Positions 28,851-38,353 of a DNA stretch of 64,000 nt are shown one piece after another (within the stretch, counting starts at the first letter, position 1; every line of letters begins with the position of its first letter). A program made the translations under genes and the position numbers. Origin of the DNA: an uncultured Verrucomicrobiae bacterium (lineage in GTDB: Bacteria > Verrucomicrobiota > Verrucomicrobiia > Chthoniobacterales > Chthoniobacteraceae); the NCBI GenBank assembly GCA_963836755.1, contig CAWIKF010000002.1, positions 1,024,001 through 1,088,000 on the forward strand. Direction: 5' to 3'. The notes under the pieces were generated by a model that had not been told where the DNA came from, searched no databases, and worked only from the letters and a program-made list of their open reading frames with translations.

Positions 28851-29152
28851 TCCGTTGAATCGCGCTCCTTGAGATCGATGGAGATGCCTCCGAAGATCCG
28901 CGCGTAAAAGTTATAGACCCAGGCGATCAGGATACCTTCGACCACACCGGCAATGGTGTTGGCAATCGGATGGAGGAGCAAAAGTCCGTTCGAATATCCA
29001 CCAGTGAAGGTGAAGGAAAAAAAGCCGTTTAGCGACACGGTGCGACCGGGGCCCATCGTCGCATATGCAAAGATGACCACGGGGACCGAAATGAGGAACC
29101 CAATGAACCCAAGAAAAAGCCCCGAGTCTCCCGGTGAAATGCGTGTTTTCAT
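28844..29152 (-). CDS. Small two-TM hypothetical protein (DUF3566-like), integron-cassette-like
   Basis: Two TMs and a WVYNFYARIFGGISIDL tail. TCAGGCG upstream and CGCCTGA at the stop are reverse complements. Confidence 0.65.
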   Translation of the reverse strand: MKTRISPGDSGLFLGFIGFLISVPVVIFAYATMGPGRTVSLNGFFSFTFTGGYSNGLLLLHPIANTIAGVVEGILIAWVYNFYARIFGGISIDLKERDSTDA

Positions 29153-29296
29153 CGAAATGCGCCGCGACTCGCCTGATGGAAAGCCGATTCGCTCGAGGAT
29201 TTAAACCAGCGAGGCACGTGAATAGAGATCGATCATGCGGAGAAATGGGCGGCACGTTGTGTGCCGGGCGATTCCCGTTTCGCGCGAAATCCCTCC

Positions 29297-29419
29297 ATTC
29301 TGGGCAAGAAAAGATTTCGGAAGCCCTTCCGGAAATAATTCTCAGGAAGAAGAAGTTTCGGGAGCCGAGAACTGATTGATTCTCGGGAAGAAAAAGTTTC
29401 GGAAGCCGTGGATTGATTC
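29297..29419. repeat. Three 41-bp-period repeats (about 30-bp conserved core plus 11-bp variable part)
   Basis: attctgggcaagaaaagatttcggaagccc (29297), attctcaggaagaagaagtttcgggagccg (29338), attctcgggaagaaaaagtttcggaagccg (29379). Confidence 0.8.
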
Positions 29420-29617
29420 CGCCACCGTAGACTGGAATTACATTTCTGGCTCGTTGTCGCATGACAAACTGCAATGCGGTCAGATGTCATTGCTTGATCG
29501 TGGCTGGGGCGATAGTTTTTGATCGGACTTGCCGAAAACTTTGACGCCGATGAAAATCAAAACCATCCTCGCCGCCGTTCTGCTTGCGGCCGTTCCGCTT
29601 GGCGGTCTTGAGGCATC

Positions 29618-30007
29618 ATGAGCAGCCCGCGACTCACCTCCAGCGCCGCCGTTTTGCTCGTGAAGGATGTGCACGCGGCGGCGGTGCATTACCGCGACAA
29701 GCTCGGATTTGCCTACGATCAGTTTTACGGCGAGCAGCCGTCGTTTTGCATCCTGCGGCGCGACGGATGCCATCTCATGCTCAAGCAGGCCGACGATCCG
29801 AAGGATGTGGTGCCGCATTGGACGGTGTCGGACAAGCTGTGCAGTGTTTATTTTTGGGTGAAGGAGGCGGATGAACTTTGCCGCGAATTTGCGGAGCGCG
29901 GGGCGACGATCGACTACGGCCCGTGCGATCAGCCGTATGGCTGCCGCGAGTTTGGCATCCAGGATCTCGACGGCCACGACATCAGCTTCGGCCAGTTGGT
30001 GGATTGA
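29618..30007 (+). CDS. VOC/glyoxalase-bleomycin resistance family protein
   Basis: VKDV..A..HYRDKLGF and DQPYGCREFGIQDLDGH motifs. Confidence 0.9.
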   Translation: MSSPRLTSSAAVLLVKDVHAAAVHYRDKLGFAYDQFYGEQPSFCILRRDGCHLMLKQADDPKDVVPHWTVSDKLCSVYFWVKEADELCREFAERGATIDYGPCDQPYGCREFGIQDLDGHDISFGQLVD

Positions 30008-30120
30008 CGGCGCGCGAGCTGCGCGAAATTCTTGGTGAGCGCACGGCGTAAAAGTTTTGGCGCACTTGCCTTTGCCACGCAAACGCGCAAGATGCGCTTT
30101 TCAAACGAACTCACAAAACC

Positions 30121-30735
30121 ATGCCACACGAACTACCTCCTCTGCCTTACGCGGCCAATGCGCTCGAGCCTCACATCGACGGTCGCACGATGGAATTCCA
30201 TCACGACAAGCATCACGCCGCCTACGTCAACAATCTCAACAACGCGCTCAAGGGGCACGCCGAACTGGAGTCAAAGTCCGCGATTGATTTGATCAAAGAT
30301 CTCAACGCAGTGCCGGAGGGCATCCGCACCGCCGTGCGCAACAACGGCGGCGGCCACGTCAATCACACCATGTTCTGGCAGATCATGGAGCCGGACGGCG
30401 GCGGCGAACCCCGCGGGAAACTTGCCGAGGAAATCGCGTCCGCGTTTGGAAGTTTCGAGGAATTTAAAACAAAGTTCGAGGATGCGGGTGTGAAACGGTT
30501 TGGCAGCGGCTGGGTCTGGCTGGTCAAAAAAACCGGCAAGCTCGAGATCATCTCCACGCCAAACCAGGACAACCCGATGATGGCCGAATACGGCGCGCAA
30601 CCGGTGCTCGGCAATGACGTGTGGGAGCACGCCTATTATTTGAATTACCAAAACCGCCGGCCGGATTATTTGAAGGCTTGGTGGAATACGATCAACTGGG
30701 ACGAGGTCGAGCGCCGCTTCGACGAAGCTTCCTAA
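30121..30735 (+). CDS. sodA: Superoxide dismutase (Mn-type signature)
   Basis: [23 protein letters not shown] and DVWEHAYY motifs. Confidence 0.95.
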   Translation: MPHELPPLPYAANALEPHIDGRTMEFHHDKHHAAYVNNLNNALKGHAELESKSAIDLIKDLNAVPEGIRTAVRNNGGGHVNHTMFWQIMEPDGGGEPRGKLAEEIASAFGSFEEFKTKFEDAGVKRFGSGWVWLVKKTGKLEIISTPNQDNPMMAEYGAQPVLGNDVWEHAYYLNYQNRRPDYLKAWWNTINWDEVERRFDEAS

Positions 30736-30773
30736 AGGCGCGGCGGACTTTTACCCGCTGGCTCGGGATTAAA

Positions 30774-32366
30774 TCACGCCTGCGGGAGCGCGACGAAAAA
30801 CGTGCTGCCCGCGCCTTCGATCGATTCGACCCAAATCTTTCCGCCGTGCCGCTCGACCATTCGGCGGACGAGCGCGAGGCCGATCCCTTCGCCGGGCGCG
30901 GCTTTGCCGTGAAGGCGCTGAAAAACGACGAAAACTTTGGCGTGATACGCTTCGGGAATGCCGAGACCATTGTCCTCGACGAAATAAGTCTGCAAGCCGT
31001 CTCGCGGCGGTAGCGCGCCGATTTTCACGCGGCCGGGTCGCGTCGGATCAAGGTAGTTGAGCGCGTTGCCGATGAGGTTCGCGAAAATCTGCTCCACCGC
31101 CGTCGCGTCGCCAAAGGCCGGCGGAAGATCGTCGACGGTGACTTTTGCGTTGCGCTCGTTGGTCGTGCCGCGCATCGCCTCGAGCACGCGCTGGATGATC
31201 GCTTTGAGATCGAGTGGCTCGGTCCGATATTCGATGCGGCCGGCGCGTGAAAGCCGCAGCAGCGCATCGATGATGGACGCGAGTCGGGTGACGGCTGTTT
31301 CGATGAAGTAGACCGCTTGTTTGACATCGTTCGAGAGCACGTCCAGCCCGCGAGTGCGGCAGGCCGCAGGCATTTCCTCGGCGTCAAAAATCTGGCGCAG
31401 CTCTCCGCTGGCGGCCGTGAGCTCGCGGCTGAAGCCCTGCAAGTTCACCAGCGGCGAGCGCAGATCGTGCGAGACGCTGTAAACAAACATTTCGTTTTCC
31501 TCGCTCTTTTGCTTGAGCTCGAGGTTCGTCGCGGCGAGCTCCTCCGCGCGCTTCTCGAGCGCGACGCGATGCTCGCTTTCCTTCACGCGCGCCTCGGCGA
31601 GATTGGCCGACATTTCATGAAAAGTGCGGTCGAGCCGCGCGATCTCATCGTCGCCGGAGAGCGGCTTCGCGAGTGATTCGCCACCGCTCAGGCGGCGGAC
31701 ATTTTCGTTCAAAATGGCGAGCCGTCCGATGATGCCGCGGCTGAAAAATGCCGCCGCGAGCGTGGAGACGAGCACCATCAAAATCGCGCCGCCGCTGAGC
31801 AAAAGATTTTCGTCCACGTCGCGTTGATGCACCTGGTCGACGCGCTTTTTGTCGAGCGCCGCTTCCTCGTCGAGAAAGCGGTCGAGGTTCTTGCGAATGA
31901 CGCCGATCTGTTCCTTGCCCGCCAAAGTTTGCACGCGCGCGCGAGCCGCCGAGAGGTCATGCGCGTCGACCATTTCATTCGTCACGCGCAGCCGCGCGAT
32001 CAATCTTTCGGAGTCGTCGCTGACCAATTTTGCGCGCGCCGTTTGCAGAGGATTGTCGGCGACCAGCTGCGCCGTTTTTGCCAGCACATCGCGGAGCGCG
32101 TGCACGGATTGCTCGAAATCATTATGAAACGCCGGCTCCTGCGTGAGCACATATCCGCGCATGCTTCCCTGCGCCTCGAACAAAAGTCGGAATGCGCTTT
32201 CCGCCTGCGCGATGACGTCTTTCGTGTGGAATGCCCATCGCTGCGCCTCGCGCAAGTCGCTTTCGCGCTTGAACAAAACGGCGACGAACAAAACTTGGAA
32301 CAGCACCGGCAGCGCGATCAAAAGCAGACCGCGCTGGAGAATCGAGCCGCGACGGAAAACCTTCAC
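30774..32366 (-). CDS. CHASE3/HAMP sensor histidine kinase
   Basis: MRGYVLT CHASE3 motif, two TMs, HAMP, SHDLRSPL, NLIGNA and DNGLGI/GIGLA. GTG start overlaps the glmS stop. Confidence 0.92.
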   Translation of the reverse strand: MKVFRRGSILQRGLLLIALPVLFQVLFVAVLFKRESDLREAQRWAFHTKDVIAQAESAFRLLFEAQGSMRGYVLTQEPAFHNDFEQSVHALRDVLAKTAQLVADNPLQTARAKLVSDDSERLIARLRVTNEMVDAHDLSAARARVQTLAGKEQIGVIRKNLDRFLDEEAALDKKRVDQVHQRDVDENLLLSGGAILMVLVSTLAAAFFSRGIIGRLAILNENVRRLSGGESLAKPLSGDDEIARLDRTFHEMSANLAEARVKESEHRVALEKRAEELAATNLELKQKSEENEMFVYSVSHDLRSPLVNLQGFSRELTAASGELRQIFDAEEMPAACRTRGLDVLSNDVKQAVYFIETAVTRLASIIDALLRLSRAGRIEYRTEPLDLKAIIQRVLEAMRGTTNERNAKVTVDDLPPAFGDATAVEQIFANLIGNALNYLDPTRPGRVKIGALPPRDGLQTYFVEDNGLGIPEAYHAKVFVVFQRLHGKAAPGEGIGLALVRRMVERHGGKIWVESIEGAGSTFFVALPQA

Positions 32367-34216
32367 TCCACCGTCACGCTCTTCGCGAGGTTGCGCGGTT
32401 TGTCGACGTCGCAACCGAGTTTCACCGCGAAATGATACGCCAGCAGTTGCAGCGGAATTGCCGTCAAAATCGGCGACAAATAATCCGCGCACTTCGGCAC
32501 GAAAATTACATCATCCGCGACTTTCGCGAGCTTGTCGCAACCTTGCGTGCCGATCGCGATGATTGGGCCGCGGCGCGCTTTCACTTCTTCAATATTGCTG
32601 ACGTTTTTGTCGAAAACCGAATCCTCCGGCGCGATGAACACGCTCGGCAGCTCCGGCGTGATCAACGCGATGACGCCATGCTTCAGCTCCGCGCTCGGAT
32701 GGCCGGCGGCGTGAATGTAGCTGATTTCCTTCATCTTCAGCGCGCCTTCCATCGCGATCGGATAGTTGAATTGGCGGCCGAGAAACATCATCGCCTTCGC
32801 GTCGGAATATTTATGCGCGATGTTTTTGATGTGCTCATTCAATTCCAAAATCGTTCGAATTTTGTCCGGCAGCGCTTCCAATTCCTCGATGATCCGGATG
32901 CCTTCGCTCGTGGAAAGATGCCGGATGCGCCCGAGCAGCAGTGAGATCAAAGTTAAAATAACGACTTGTGAAGTGAACGACTTTGTTGCGGCCACGCCGA
33001 TCTCCGGCCCGGCGTGCATGTAGACGCCGCCGTCATCCTCGCGCGCGATCGTGCTCGCGACGTTGTTGCAAATGCCGAGCGTCCGATGGCCTTTGCGCTG
33101 GCTCTCGCGCAACGCCGCGAGCGTGTCCGCCGTCTCGCCGCTTTGGCTGATGACGAAGACGAGCGTGTCCTTCGTCATCGGCATGTTCCGATAGCGAAAT
33201 TCGCTCGCAAATTCCACTTCGGTCGGGACGTGCGCGAGCGTCTCGATCAAATATTCGCCGACCATCGCCGCGTGACATGCTGTGCCACATCCGGTTAACA
33301 CAATGCGTTCCACCGCGCGCAGCTCCGCGGCCGTCATTTCCAATCCGCCGAGCTTCGCAGTCGCTTCCTCAAATGAAAGTCGGCCACGCATCGCATCACG
33401 CACCGTCTCGGGCTGTTCGAAAATTTCCTTCAGCATGTAGTGCGGATATTCGCCTTTATCCACGTCCTTCTCGGTGAACTCGACCTTGCTCACCTCGTAG
33501 CCGCTCGGTCCGCTGGCGAGCAGCGAAGTGATCTCGAATTGGTCGCGGCCCACGCACGCGATGTCGTAATCATTCAAATAAACGGCGTCGCGCGTGTGCG
33601 CGACGATCGCGCTGACATCGCTCGCGAGAAAGTTTTCAGCGCTGCCCACGCCAAGCACGAGCGGGCTGCCACGCCGCGCGCCGATGATGATTTCCGGCAA
33701 ATCCTCGTGCAACATCACGATGCCGTAAGTGCCGATGACTTGGCGCAGTGCCGCGCGCAATGCATCGATGAGCCGCGCGGCAGAAGGCGCGCCGTTCGCC
33801 GCGTCGTAATGTTTGCCGACCAAGTGCGCGAGCACCTCCGTGTCCGTTTGCGATTTGAAAACATGGCCTTCGCGCGTCAATTCCTCACGGAGCACCTGAT
33901 AATTTTCGATAACGCCGTTATGGACAAGCGCAAGCTTTCCGTTTTGGTCGAGATGCGGATGCGCATTGGCATCGGTCACGCCGCCATGCGTCGCCCAGCG
34001 CGTGTGGCAAATGCCCACGCTCCCGCGCGGCGGCTCCTTTTGCAAAAGTTCCGCGAGCTTGCTGATGCGCCCGATGCACTTCCGCACGAGCAAACCGCCG
34101 CCATTGATCGTCGCCACTCCGGCCGAGTCGTAGCCGCGATATTCGAGCCGGCGCAATCCCTCGAGCAGGATCGGCGCCGCTTCTGTTTTGCCAATGTAGC
34201 CAACGATGCCGCACAT
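32363..34216 (-). CDS. glmS: Glutamine-fructose-6-phosphate transaminase
   Basis: MCGIVGY, HTRWATHG, SQSGETADT and PRNLAKSVTVE motifs. Confidence 0.98.
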   Translation of the reverse strand: MCGIVGYIGKTEAAPILLEGLRRLEYRGYDSAGVATINGGGLLVRKCIGRISKLAELLQKEPPRGSVGICHTRWATHGGVTDANAHPHLDQNGKLALVHNGVIENYQVLREELTREGHVFKSQTDTEVLAHLVGKHYDAANGAPSAARLIDALRAALRQVIGTYGIVMLHEDLPEIIIGARRGSPLVLGVGSAENFLASDVSAIVAHTRDAVYLNDYDIACVGRDQFEITSLLASGPSGYEVSKVEFTEKDVDKGEYPHYMLKEIFEQPETVRDAMRGRLSFEEATAKLGGLEMTAAELRAVERIVLTGCGTACHAAMVGEYLIETLAHVPTEVEFASEFRYRNMPMTKDTLVFVISQSGETADTLAALRESQRKGHRTLGICNNVASTIAREDDGGVYMHAGPEIGVAATKSFTSQVVILTLISLLLGRIRHLSTSEGIRIIEELEALPDKIRTILELNEHIKNIAHKYSDAKAMMFLGRQFNYPIAMEGALKMKEISYIHAAGHPSAELKHGVIALITPELPSVFIAPEDSVFDKNVSNIEEVKARRGPIIAIGTQGCDKLAKVADDVIFVPKCADYLSPILTAIPLQLLAYHFAVKLGCDVDKPRNLAKSVTVE

Positions 34217-34352
34217 GATGCAGGAAGGTGTCAGACTCGACTCGTCCGCGCAAGTCGCCGCGCCCGCTCGCGATCCGCATGGAGAAAAAGTGCGTGAACT
34301 TTTTTAGCGAGCGACACGTCGCGGCTCCGGGTATTTGTTTTGAACTCTTTGC

Positions 34353-34592
34353 GTGAAGATCAAATTTTTCGCCCAACTCAAATCAGTGACTGGCACCGGC
34401 GAATGCGACCTGCCGGTGCGCGGAACGTTGCACGCCGCGCAATTGTGGGAACTGCTCGTGTCGCAATATCCCGGCTTATCGCAATGGCGTGACGTTACGC
34501 GGGTCGCGAAAAACTTTTCCTACACGGACGAGAAAGCGGAATTTGCCGATACCGATGAAGTCGCTTTGATTCCGCCCGTCTCCGGCGGTTAA
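34353..34592 (+). CDS. moaD: Molybdopterin synthase sulfur carrier
   Basis: C-terminal DEVALIPPVSGG. Confidence 0.92.
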   Translation: MKIKFFAQLKSVTGTGECDLPVRGTLHAAQLWELLVSQYPGLSQWRDVTRVAKNFSYTDEKAEFADTDEVALIPPVSGG

Positions 34593-34594
34593 AA

Positions 34595-34999
34595 ATGGCT
34601 GCGCGCATCACAATCATTCTCAGCGATCAACCGCTCGCGGAGCCGCCCGCGATTACATGCGGCTGCGGTGGGGTCGTCAATTTTTCCGGCATCGTGCGCG
34701 GCGAGGAAGATGGCAAACCGATTTCCGCGCTCGAGTATGAAGCTTATCATCCGATGGCGGAACGCGAGTTGAGCCGGATCGCGCGCAATCTGATGACGGA
34801 ATTTTCCTGCGACGAAATTTACATCGCTCATCGTTTCGGCATCGTGCCGGTCGGCGAAGCGGCGGTCATCGTGCGCGCCGCCGCGCAGCATCGCGGGCCC
34901 GTACTTTCGTTTGTGACACATTTCATGAACGTTCTAAAAACAGATGTGCCAATCTGGAAAGTGCGCGCGATTACATTGAAAGAGGAATCAAAAATATGA
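34595..34999 (+). CDS. moaE: Molybdopterin synthase catalytic subunit
   Basis: FSGIVR, LEYEAY, HRFG and LKTDVPIWK motifs. Confidence 0.93.
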   Translation: MAARITIILSDQPLAEPPAITCGCGGVVNFSGIVRGEEDGKPISALEYEAYHPMAERELSRIARNLMTEFSCDEIYIAHRFGIVPVGEAAVIVRAAAQHRGPVLSFVTHFMNVLKTDVPIWKVRAITLKEESKI

Positions 35000-36186
35000 T
35001 CTCCGCAGACGAAGCCCGCGCGTTGATTTTGTCCAAAGCTGCGCTCCTCGAAAGCGAGCGCGTCCCACTCGCGGACGCGCTGCATCGCGTGCTGCGAGAG
35101 GATATTTTGGCTGATCAAGATTCGCCGCGCTTCGATTGCTCGGCTATGGACGGTTACGCATTGCGCACAACCGATGCGGAAAATTTGCTGAGCATTGTCG
35201 CAGCAATTCCTGCGGGACATGCCGACGAGGTCACGATCGGCGAAAATGAATGCGCTCGAATATTTACGGGCGGCCGAATTCCGCGCGGCGCGGATCGCGT
35301 CGCGATGCAGGAGGATGTCGAAGAAAAAAATGGCGGCGTTCGAATCGTCGCTCAACGCAAGGAGTTAAACATTCGCGTGCAGGGTGAAAATTGTCGGCGC
35401 GGCGATCGGTTGATAGAAAACAGTCAACGTTTGCGCGCAATCGAACTTGCAATCATGGCTTCATGCGGAGTTACGCAACCACTCGTCACGCGCCGCGCGC
35501 GAGTGGCTCACTTTGCCACTGGAAACGAATTGGTCGATGCCGGCGAAACTCCCACCGGCTCGCAAATCCGCGACTGCAATTCAACTTTGATCCGCGCGCT
35601 GCTGCGCGAACATGGCGCAGAACTGGTGCGTCAAGAACGGATCGGCGATTCGCTGGATGTCTCCCAAGCGGCTCTGCATCAGCTTCGCGAGGAAATCGAT
35701 ATCTTGCTCATCTCAGGCGGTGCTGGCGGCGGCGACCACGATTTTACGCGCTCAATGCTGACTGCCTCCGGCTTCACAATTCATCTGGAAAAAATAAACC
35801 TCCGGCCTGGCAAGCCGCTCATCTTCGCATCGCGCGGCACCCAACTCGCATTCGGTCTGCCGGGAAATCCCGTGTCGCACTGGGCGATTTTTCAACTTTT
35901 CCTCGCACCACTTTTTGCGGCAATGAGCGGCTGCGAGATACCGCGCGTTCGGACGATGCGCGGACGACTTCGGCAAGACTTTGTCTCGCGTGCATCGGAG
36001 CGCGAAACCTGCTGGCCGGCGACTGCGGAATTTGACGCTGGTGAATGGCATCTGCGTCTGCTGCGTTTCATCAGCTCCGGCGATGTCGCCGGGCTGGCCG
36101 GTGCAAATGCGCTCGTCCGAATTGCTCCGAAAGTAGAGCGGATCGCTGAATCCGAAACCGTGGAGTTTTTATGGTGTCAAAGTTGA
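34996..36186 (+). CDS. moeA: Molybdopterin molybdotransferase
   Basis: SAMDGYA, IFTG, TGNEL, PGKP and LPGNPVS motifs. Confidence 0.94.
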   Translation: MISADEARALILSKAALLESERVPLADALHRVLREDILADQDSPRFDCSAMDGYALRTTDAENLLSIVAAIPAGHADEVTIGENECARIFTGGRIPRGADRVAMQEDVEEKNGGVRIVAQRKELNIRVQGENCRRGDRLIENSQRLRAIELAIMASCGVTQPLVTRRARVAHFATGNELVDAGETPTGSQIRDCNSTLIRALLREHGAELVRQERIGDSLDVSQAALHQLREEIDILLISGGAGGGDHDFTRSMLTASGFTIHLEKINLRPGKPLIFASRGTQLAFGLPGNPVSHWAIFQLFLAPLFAAMSGCEIPRVRTMRGRLRQDFVSRASERETCWPATAEFDAGEWHLRLLRFISSGDVAGLAGANALVRIAPKVERIAESETVEFLWCQS

Positions 36187-36662
36187 AAAAAAAGAACGCG
36201 TCTGCGGCAATAACCGGCGTCGAGTTTTCCCATCTCACGCGTTCCGGCGCCGCGCGAATGGTCAATGTCGCCCCGAAGCCGGATCAACTTCGCCGCGCAG
36301 TCGCGAGCGGATTTTTGCGCTGCAAGCGCGAAACGATCTTGCTTTTAAAAAAACGCGCGCTGCCGAAAGGCGACGTTTTGACGGTAGCGAAAATCGCGGG
36401 AATCCAGGCGGCAAAAGGGACGAGCAGCCTCATCCCGCTTTGCCACTCGCTGCCGCTGCACGGAATCGACGTGCAGTTTACGATCGAGAAAGATGGCGTC
36501 CGCATCGAGGCGAGCGCGGAAACGATCGCGAAGACCGGCGTCGAAATGGAAGCACTCACCGCTGTCAGCGTGGCCGCGCTGACGATTTACGACATGTGCA
36601 AGGCCGTGGACAAAACGATGGTCATCGAGTCAGTGCGGCTCGATAGCAAAACGAAAACATGA
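36171..36662 (+). CDS. moaC: Cyclic pyranopterin monophosphate synthase
   Basis: KGDVL, LIPLCH, TGVEMEAL and YDMCKAVD motifs. Confidence 0.95.
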   Translation: MVSKLKKKNASAAITGVEFSHLTRSGAARMVNVAPKPDQLRRAVASGFLRCKRETILLLKKRALPKGDVLTVAKIAGIQAAKGTSSLIPLCHSLPLHGIDVQFTIEKDGVRIEASAETIAKTGVEMEALTAVSVAALTIYDMCKAVDKTMVIESVRLDSKTKT

Positions 36663-37147
36663 AGGTTGCGCGGGTGACCTTGAGCGACCGCGCGGCGGCA
36701 GGAGTCTATGCCGACGCGAGCGGGCCGGAAATTGAGCGAGTGGTGCAGGAACTTTTTGTCGACAAAATCGATTGGCGCCGATGTCTGCTGCCGGACGATC
36801 AAGTGGCGATCGAGAATGCATTGCGCAACTTTGCCGACATTGAAAAATGCGCGCTCATCGTGACAACGGGCGGCACCGGACCGGCCGCGCGCGATGTCAC
36901 TCCGGAGGCGACACGAGCGGTCATCGAACGCGAGCTGCCTGGCTTCGGAGAAGTGATGCGAATGCAGAGCTTTAACAAGGTGAAGACCGCGATTCTTTCA
37001 CGCGCAACTGCTGGAACGCGCGGGAGCACTTTGATCATCAATCTTCCCGGCAGGCCCAGCGCGATTGCAGAATGCCTTCCACTTCTCGCGCCCGCCATTT
37101 GCGAAGCTGTGGAGCATCTGAGCGGCAGGCGCCCGCGGCTCACTTAG
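36659..37147 (+). CDS. mog: Molybdopterin adenylyltransferase
   Basis: SDRA..GVY.D.SG, TTGGTG..RDVTPEAT and NLPG motifs. Confidence 0.92.
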   Translation: MKVARVTLSDRAAAGVYADASGPEIERVVQELFVDKIDWRRCLLPDDQVAIENALRNFADIEKCALIVTTGGTGPAARDVTPEATRAVIERELPGFGEVMRMQSFNKVKTAILSRATAGTRGSTLIINLPGRPSAIAECLPLLAPAICEAVEHLSGRRPRLT

Positions 37148-37183
37148 CTCGTTTAAAAAAATCGCGCGGAAGCTGCTCGCCGG

Positions 37184-38005
37184 TCATTTTCCTTCCAAGC
37201 CAATGGCCTCGAATTCCGCGTGCGCGCCGACCGCAACAAGCGCGACTCCGCCGATGACGTTGCCAATCAAAGTCGGGATCAGATAGCCGCCGAGGCAGTG
37301 CGTGAAAGTCAGCGCGCCGCTCGTCACGAGGTAAAAGGTTTCCACATTTCCTGCGATCACGTGCGGGAGGTTCGCGATTCCGACGACGTAGCCGATGATG
37401 ATGATGACCCAGATTCGAGACGCTTCCGCGAATGGCAGCAGCCAAACCATGAGCGCGATCAGCCAGCCCGCAAGAATCGCGCGCAGAAGAATCGTCCCAG
37501 GTCCGGGCACGATGGAAGCGGCGGCGATCTCGGAAAAAGCACGGTGGATGTCGGCGTCAAACAACGTCGTGTTCGAGAGCAGCCAGGCGAAGATGAAGGC
37601 GCCAACAAGGTTCGCGAGCAGCACCACAGTCCAGAGCCGGCAGACATTGATGAAAAGCGGAAGCTCCTTTTTTTTCAGCAAAGGCAAAATGACCGTGAGC
37701 GTATTTTTTGTGAACAGCTGCTGCCGGCCGAGAATGACAATGAGGAAACCGATGCTGTAACCAAACTTCGCGACGAGGGCCGTCCAATTCGCCTCCGGCA
37801 AATGCGCGCGCAGCAAGCCCTCCGAAACGAGCGAAAACCCCATCGATAATCCGGCGGCCAAACCCGAGAAAGCTAGCGCGCCGCTGTTGCGATTCAGCTC
37901 GTGTTCGCCTTCGCCGTAAATCGCCTGGTAGACGACGTTGCCGGGCGGTGCGGTCAGCTCTGCGATCTCCTCCTCTTTTCTTTCCTCTTCAGATTTCATG
38001 CTCAT
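37184..38005 (-). CDS. Formate/nitrite transporter family protein (YfdC-like)
   Basis: GEHELNR, QLFTKNT, HVIAG and GNVIGG motifs; six TMs. Confidence 0.88.
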   Translation of the reverse strand: MSMKSEEERKEEEIAELTAPPGNVVYQAIYGEGEHELNRNSGALAFSGLAAGLSMGFSLVSEGLLRAHLPEANWTALVAKFGYSIGFLIVILGRQQLFTKNTLTVILPLLKKKELPLFINVCRLWTVVLLANLVGAFIFAWLLSNTTLFDADIHRAFSEIAAASIVPGPGTILLRAILAGWLIALMVWLLPFAEASRIWVIIIIGYVVGIANLPHVIAGNVETFYLVTSGALTFTHCLGGYLIPTLIGNVIGGVALVAVGAHAEFEAIGLEGK

Positions 38006-38315
38006 GGCTAGTGTGCTGCAAACCTTGACGTCATGCGGGCTGCCGCGATCTGCCCATGCGCGATGCAGCCGTCATTGGCGGGCACGAGCCGATGCGAGAA
38101 TGAAGCGGAATTCTTCTGCGCGCAGCCGCTGCAGGCACTTCTCGCTGAGTTCGCGAGTTTCTCGAAAATACCCGCCGCTGAGCATCACATTCCGATGCCT
38201 GATTTTGCGCGCCACCGCCACAAAAATCTCCGTAAGCATCGTTGCATTTGCGCGGATTTCTTTTGATTGCAGACGCCGATCGTGGCGCAGGTCGCGAAAA
38301 TACTGTTTACAGAAA

Positions 38316-38333
38316 TTGTAACAACGTTTACAA
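38316..38333. promoter_or_regulatory. Palindromic operator candidate TTGTAA-N6-TTACAA
   Basis: Perfect 6-bp inverted repeat in an AT-rich divergent intergenic region. Confidence 0.35.
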
Positions 38334-38353
38334 CGAGTGCTGGTCTTTGACCG

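Noticed and set aside
29297..29419. Mini CRISPR array
   Set aside because: Linkers are 11 bp and partly similar to each other, the repeats differ at several positions, and there are no cas genes.
34217..34352. glmS ribozyme or Moco riboswitch in the glmS/moaD divergent gap
   Set aside because: The gap is only about 135 bp and I could not find the conserved cores of either RNA.
38033..38321. Small ORFs between the FNT gene and the sulfotransferase
   Set aside because: Several short overlapping frames with no motif or clear RBS; none can be supported.
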